Notes under the pieces: model-generated | Seen by the model: only the letters and a program-made list of their open reading frames with translations | Told to the model about the DNA's origin: nothing | The model's database searches: none | Made by a program: the position numbers and the translations under genes | Shown: piece by piece, positions 59,520-64,000 of the stretch | How positions within the stretch are numbered: position 1 is the stretch's first letter | Layout: the number at the start of each line of letters is the position of its first letter | Assembly: GCA_964187785.1 (NCBI GenBank) | Contig: OZ076410.1 | Coordinates: 51,150,001 to 51,214,000, forward strand | Direction of reading: 5' to 3' | DNA from: Amphiscolops sp. MND2022 | Lineage: Eukaryota | DNA: 64,000 bases

Positions 59520-62270
59520 CCTTTCGAGCCGGTCAACAACTGTTGTGGTGTACAGATCCCGCATAGGAACGCCATTGCGCTTTTTGTTAATTTTTGAGTC
59601 ATCTGGATAGCAATCAGGGCATCCATGAAAGTAACAGTCAAAGAATTCGAATACAATAGCTGAAAGAATCTCGGACACTCCAGTGGAAGATGTGACAGTT
59701 TTTGTTTTGTACAGCCAAAGACAGTCAACTTTGAACACACACAAAGTTTGCTCTCGACCTTTAGCATTTCCGTAACTACCCCCTGAATTGTACAATCTCA
59801 ATTCATGTTGATGTCGTTGCACCTGGAGCTCTTGAAAAGCTGTCTGCTCCACCAAGGAGACCCAAATTGCAGCAGGAAACTACCTGAGCTCACTTCCAGT
59901 GTATCCATTGTTCGGTAAAATTACGATAGGATCATCAGGCATGAACAGTTGTCTGTAAATACAGTTACAGGCGAAGGCAGCTGTACAAGCTATTTCAAAG
60001 GGATCAATTCCGTTGCAAATAGATTGTATAAATCGTCGGTACTCTAGAAAACCCTTCTTTGCAAGCTTCACATCTGGTTTGCAATAAGAAATCAGATCAC
60101 TTTCATACTGTTTTGATTGTTCTCGATACAACAAAGTCTGTTCGTCATGCCATTTCAGGAAAGCATCATTTGCTTTTGCTCCTTTCCTAGCATTGAGAGC
60201 AAACAGGCATGCAGGAGGAAACTGCCCTTTTTGCCTAGTAAATTCTTCATGAAAAGCGCTCGAATCGACTAGTTCGAGAGCCGATTGGAGGACCTGATTG
60301 CTTGAAAAAGCAAAGCAATATCTACAACAAGACTATCTGTCGATGACTGCAACTGGGCACCTTTTTGCAATTATAGAAGCTTTGTATAAGTTTTTCGGCA
60401 CCCAGGTTCAACGCTTCGGCTGAAGTCAAAAAATGAGAAAAATAACCTTTTTTGAATTCCTTGAGGTTAAAAGTAGCTGGGAATTTGGATAAGGGGATCG
60501 AGATGAAAAGATAAGAATCGATAAAACGTTTGTTGCCAACACGCATGAAAACAACTTTATTTCCTCGCAGCAAATTTTTGAGGATGTATTTGTGCTGTTT
60601 ATACAACCATTCAAAATTGGGTAGACACTCGAACCCGCTACGGAAATGTTCAATAAATCATTCACTTTTTTGGATTTGTTCAGAAGAATTGAAAACTACG
60701 TTGCAGAACACGTTGATACAGGTATAACCAATATAGACTTGTGACTCGCCTGTTAGCGATTCGGTTACCAATAGAATTGGTTTGTGAACATCTTCATTTT
60801 TACAGCTTTATTCAGTTTCAATGTCAAACAACCAAACAACCTTGTCCGGTAGTTTTGGCCCTGTAACTGACTAACAATCTGTAGAACTTTGTCTCGATGT
60901 AACGTCGATGTCCACTCTGGGGTGACTATTGGGATTTTGGACAAAACCATGATGCTGGGAGACCAATGGGTCGCATTTGTTTTTCCTATCACTGAAAGCA
61001 AAATACACTGAACAAACATTACAACGCTTTTTTGAGCAAAGGTGGATATAAGAGGCTCTTTTTGGTACTGCATTGTCGCAAGAAGGATACTGAGTGTATA
61101 AATGACAGACACTGGAACTGATATAAAAACTGGAGACAGTTCAAACTTCGTAATTTCAAACGGCATCTGTCACATTGGAACATCTGTGATCTCACAGGTT
61201 GTTCGCCAAGCATGGCAGAGAGATTTGAAAACCCCGTTCTGTTTCAGCAACCGGACTGTCTACCGAGCATATATCCACTGGCAGAACACAGGTGCTTTAT
61301 TGTAAAGAATCCTTTGCCACAACTATAGCAATAATGACGAGCATCAAAATACCCTTTTAAGACGTAATGACATCAATATGTTCCTTGGCAAGTCAATATG
61401 TTGTATGAGCAAGTCAATGTAATTCTTGGCATGACTATTGTAGCACTTCAAAAATGCTTCCAAAAAATTGCTGTCATACGCTAGACAGATGATCTAAATG
61501 CTGTAGCGCTAAAACCTGCTGCTCAATATTAGTGCCCCAGTCATTGAATGCCGAATTGTTGTCAATTGGATATGCATTCTCAAGAGTTTTGGGGTGAAAG
61601 GTAAAAAAGGAATCTGATACTTCCTTTGACTCTTTTGGTCTAATAATGAGCTGGTTCATTTTTCGCGATTGTGTTGATCCCCGATCACGGTTTGGAGTTT
61701 TTGTTTGGTTTTTCTGAGTAGGTTTTTCCGCAATGATTATACCGATAGCAAATGCTTCCAACAGGCAATCGATGTTTTAGTTTTTGATCGCAAAAATCAA
61801 CCTCTTCTGCTTTTTAAACAATTTGATATCGGGAACCATTCCGTTCTGTCTTCCACCGATCCGTTTGCCACCCATGGTTGGTAAGGTTTTTTGAGAGAAC
61901 GTTCACTTTGATTTTTTTGCTAATATCAAACGACTTATTCGAATTCAAAACTTGGTCAATTTCGTTCAGCACTACATCAGCATTGAAGTCGTCGGCTGAT
62001 GAGAAGGGTATATGAACGGGGTAGTGCAGCGTTGGGGCGTTAAGCACCAAACGTATTCTGTGATCGTGTCTTGGTAGATCCCCTTGAATTTCTGATATGA
62101 GTTTGTTGATCATATGGCTGAATATCTTCCGCAGTTTGTCCAAAACACTCAATTTCGTGAAATAAACTTCGTAGTCCCGACTTGCAGCGCGAAGCAAACT
62201 TCGTTGCTGCAGCACTCGATTGAAACTGTTGTAGGTCTAAGGCTGGCAGGCCATCATACATCTGCAACAA
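59520..62270 (-). pseudogene. Second, distinct Maverick/Polinton protein-primed DNA polymerase B (N-terminus, exonuclease, nuclease-like insert; palm missing)
   Basis: RIRLVLNAPTLHYPVHIPF...VLNEIDQVLNSN; ExoI WLFDIET; degenerate ExoII EHFRSGFE; RFIDSYLFISIPLSKFPATFNLKEFKKGYF; ExoIII SYCKPDV; VFEFFDCYFHGCPDCYP; many stops. Confidence 0.85.
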
Positions 62271-63224
62271 TTTAAATAATATTTAGTGATCAGAACAAAA
62301 GCAATCATTAGAAAATATTTGCAAAGAAAATTTTGTGGACGAAGAGAAACGTTAATATTCATCAGATGAATGCATTGATAAATTTATTTGGATGATACTA
62401 GAGTTCTACAATCATAAACAAACACAACACGTAGCAGCATGCACAACATATTCTTGCCATCAATAACTGAGAGCCGAAAAACCTATTTTCAGCTGGAGTA
62501 CACGTCGTCTTCCATACTGTCATCATTTGCCTGGTTGTTTGGAAGGCCACAGCGTGTCTTCCAGCTCCGGCAGGAATGGATACTTCTCAAAGCCCTGGTT
62601 GGTTTGGCTGCTCTGTTCCGTGTGTATCTCTGCTGCAACCCTCGTGCTGTCTTTGCTTACTTCTTTTCTTGACCCCTGTTTGTTTCTTCGAGAGCTGCAA
62701 TGGATGAATTGGTTGAGAATTTGTACCTTTGGTGATGTGTTTTCTGCCAGACTTTTTCCCGAAGGTTGCAATGATCGCTTTTGATTTTCTTGTTGGACAG
62801 CGTTATCGAGAGTTTTATTGCATTCCGCCGAGATATTTGTAGACAACCTCGATGCTTCTATTGCCTCTTTTTCGCCTAGCCCCAAGCATGCTGCAAAAGA
62901 TGTCAGCACTTCCTTCGTGAAAGAAAAACGACTTTGTCTGTACCACTGCCCGCTTTCAAAGTCAGGTTTGAAAAACGCAACCTAATGTAAGTTGCGCCAG
63001 CTGCGCCGTTGTTTTTTTATGTTTTTAATCCAAATTCGGACCATGACTTTATCTCCGCTAAGTGTAAAATTATTAGAGGAAGTTGTGCTGCTTCATTGCA
63101 ATAACTTTCCTTCAGCTCGATGAGTGACAGTTTTGAAAAAAAAATTGTGAACATTTCCCAGTCACCTGCAGAAACAGCTTTTGATATTTTTGGAGAAACA
63201 TTGATACATTTTTTGTGATGTATA

Positions 63225-63755
63225 TTCCCGCGCGGCGCGGGAAAACCAACTTAACTATTCGTTTTAGGCTTTTTCGGCAAAGTTACTGTTGTTATATTAA
63301 AACTTCCGTGCCCCCGCTTCCTACTTGATTTCCCGCGTCGCCCGGGAAGAGGCATTTCCCGTTTTCTCGTGAACCGTTCTTCAACTACACTTTCCCGCGT
63401 CGCGCGGGATAAATTATAGAGGGGATGACCAGTAGGTCCTTGGTTGTTGTCACGGCCCAATCAAAATGCTTCTGCTCCTGCTGCCACAACCCCCCCAAAC
63501 TGGATTGAGGGGATTTGATTTTCCAGCGCTGCGTGGGAAAAGCATTTTGAGACATTTGTTTCTGTATTTTTTTGGTATGATTCATGTTGCTATTAAAGCC
63601 CATGAGAACCCACGCGGTATTCCCGCGTATTGCTTTTCTCGCGTCGCGTGGGAAGACACAATTCCCCTTTTCTTTTATGTTACCGTTTTTCCGTGCTACG
63701 CGGGAAGCCACAATTTAAAATTTCTCATACTCCAGTTTCCCGCGTTGCGCAGGTA
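63225..63755. repeat. Dispersed array of seven 19-bp imperfect palindromes, consensus TTCCCGCG-N3-CGCGGGAA
   Basis: Copies start at 63225, 63330, 63392, 63521, 63636, 63688 and 63737. Confidence 0.85.
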
Positions 63756-64000
63756 AAAGTATTGGGACGATGATGAATACGTCATTGGTGTATCGTTGCG
63801 ATCCCATCAAAACAATTCTGCTGTGCAAAAAAGTCAGTTTTTGCAACCTCAAAGTTTTTCACCTAATTTCTGAACAATTTGGAGCATTTTTACCAATTTT
63901 TAAAATTTTTCTTTACTCATGTTAATCAAGTGTTTCGGTCTGAAAAATGGCAAAAAAAATTCTCGGAAAATGCCTTTTTTTAGTTTCCAAAGATGGTTTT

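Noticed and set aside
63225-63755. Palindromic repeats with unique spacers as a CRISPR array
   Set aside because: Repeats are short, degenerate and irregularly spaced (spacers ~30-110 bp); no cas genes

Overview
AT-rich eukaryotic (animal-like) repeat-dense DNA with no convincing host gene, RNA gene or CRISPR array. It is a stack of mostly decayed mobile elements. (1) 340-14737 is a Polinton/Maverick-type element with AGTA(G/A)T termini and a perfect 6-bp target-site duplication (GCAAAC). It is almost entirely a palindrome: two ~6.7-kb inverted arms, each carrying degraded protein-primed DNA polymerase B pieces and accessory ORFs, around a ~1.1-kb spacer that holds a smaller inverted-repeat element. 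(2) 14744-17397 holds remnants of two further LTR-retrotransposon families. (3) 19056-34390 is a full-length 15.3-kb Ty3/Gypsy element on the minus strand (1.62-kb LTRs, TCGAC TSD). (4) 37707-55716 is a second Gypsy family in LTR-internal-LTR-internal(truncated) tandem form, with an internal 2.15-kb tandem duplication. Both complete Gypsy elements share an unusual layout. Gag starts inside the LTR and reads through the PBS (CA|TGGTGACAGGA = M-V-T-G). An extra sense ORF reads across the PPT into U3. A large intron-containing zinc-finger gene lies antisense between integrase and the 3' LTR. (5) 55824-64000 holds a TA-flanked MITE, a second and different Maverick pPolB pseudogene, and an array of 19-bp palindromes. 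Protein-family assignments come from motif recognition by eye, not database searches. Identity values are hand estimates.
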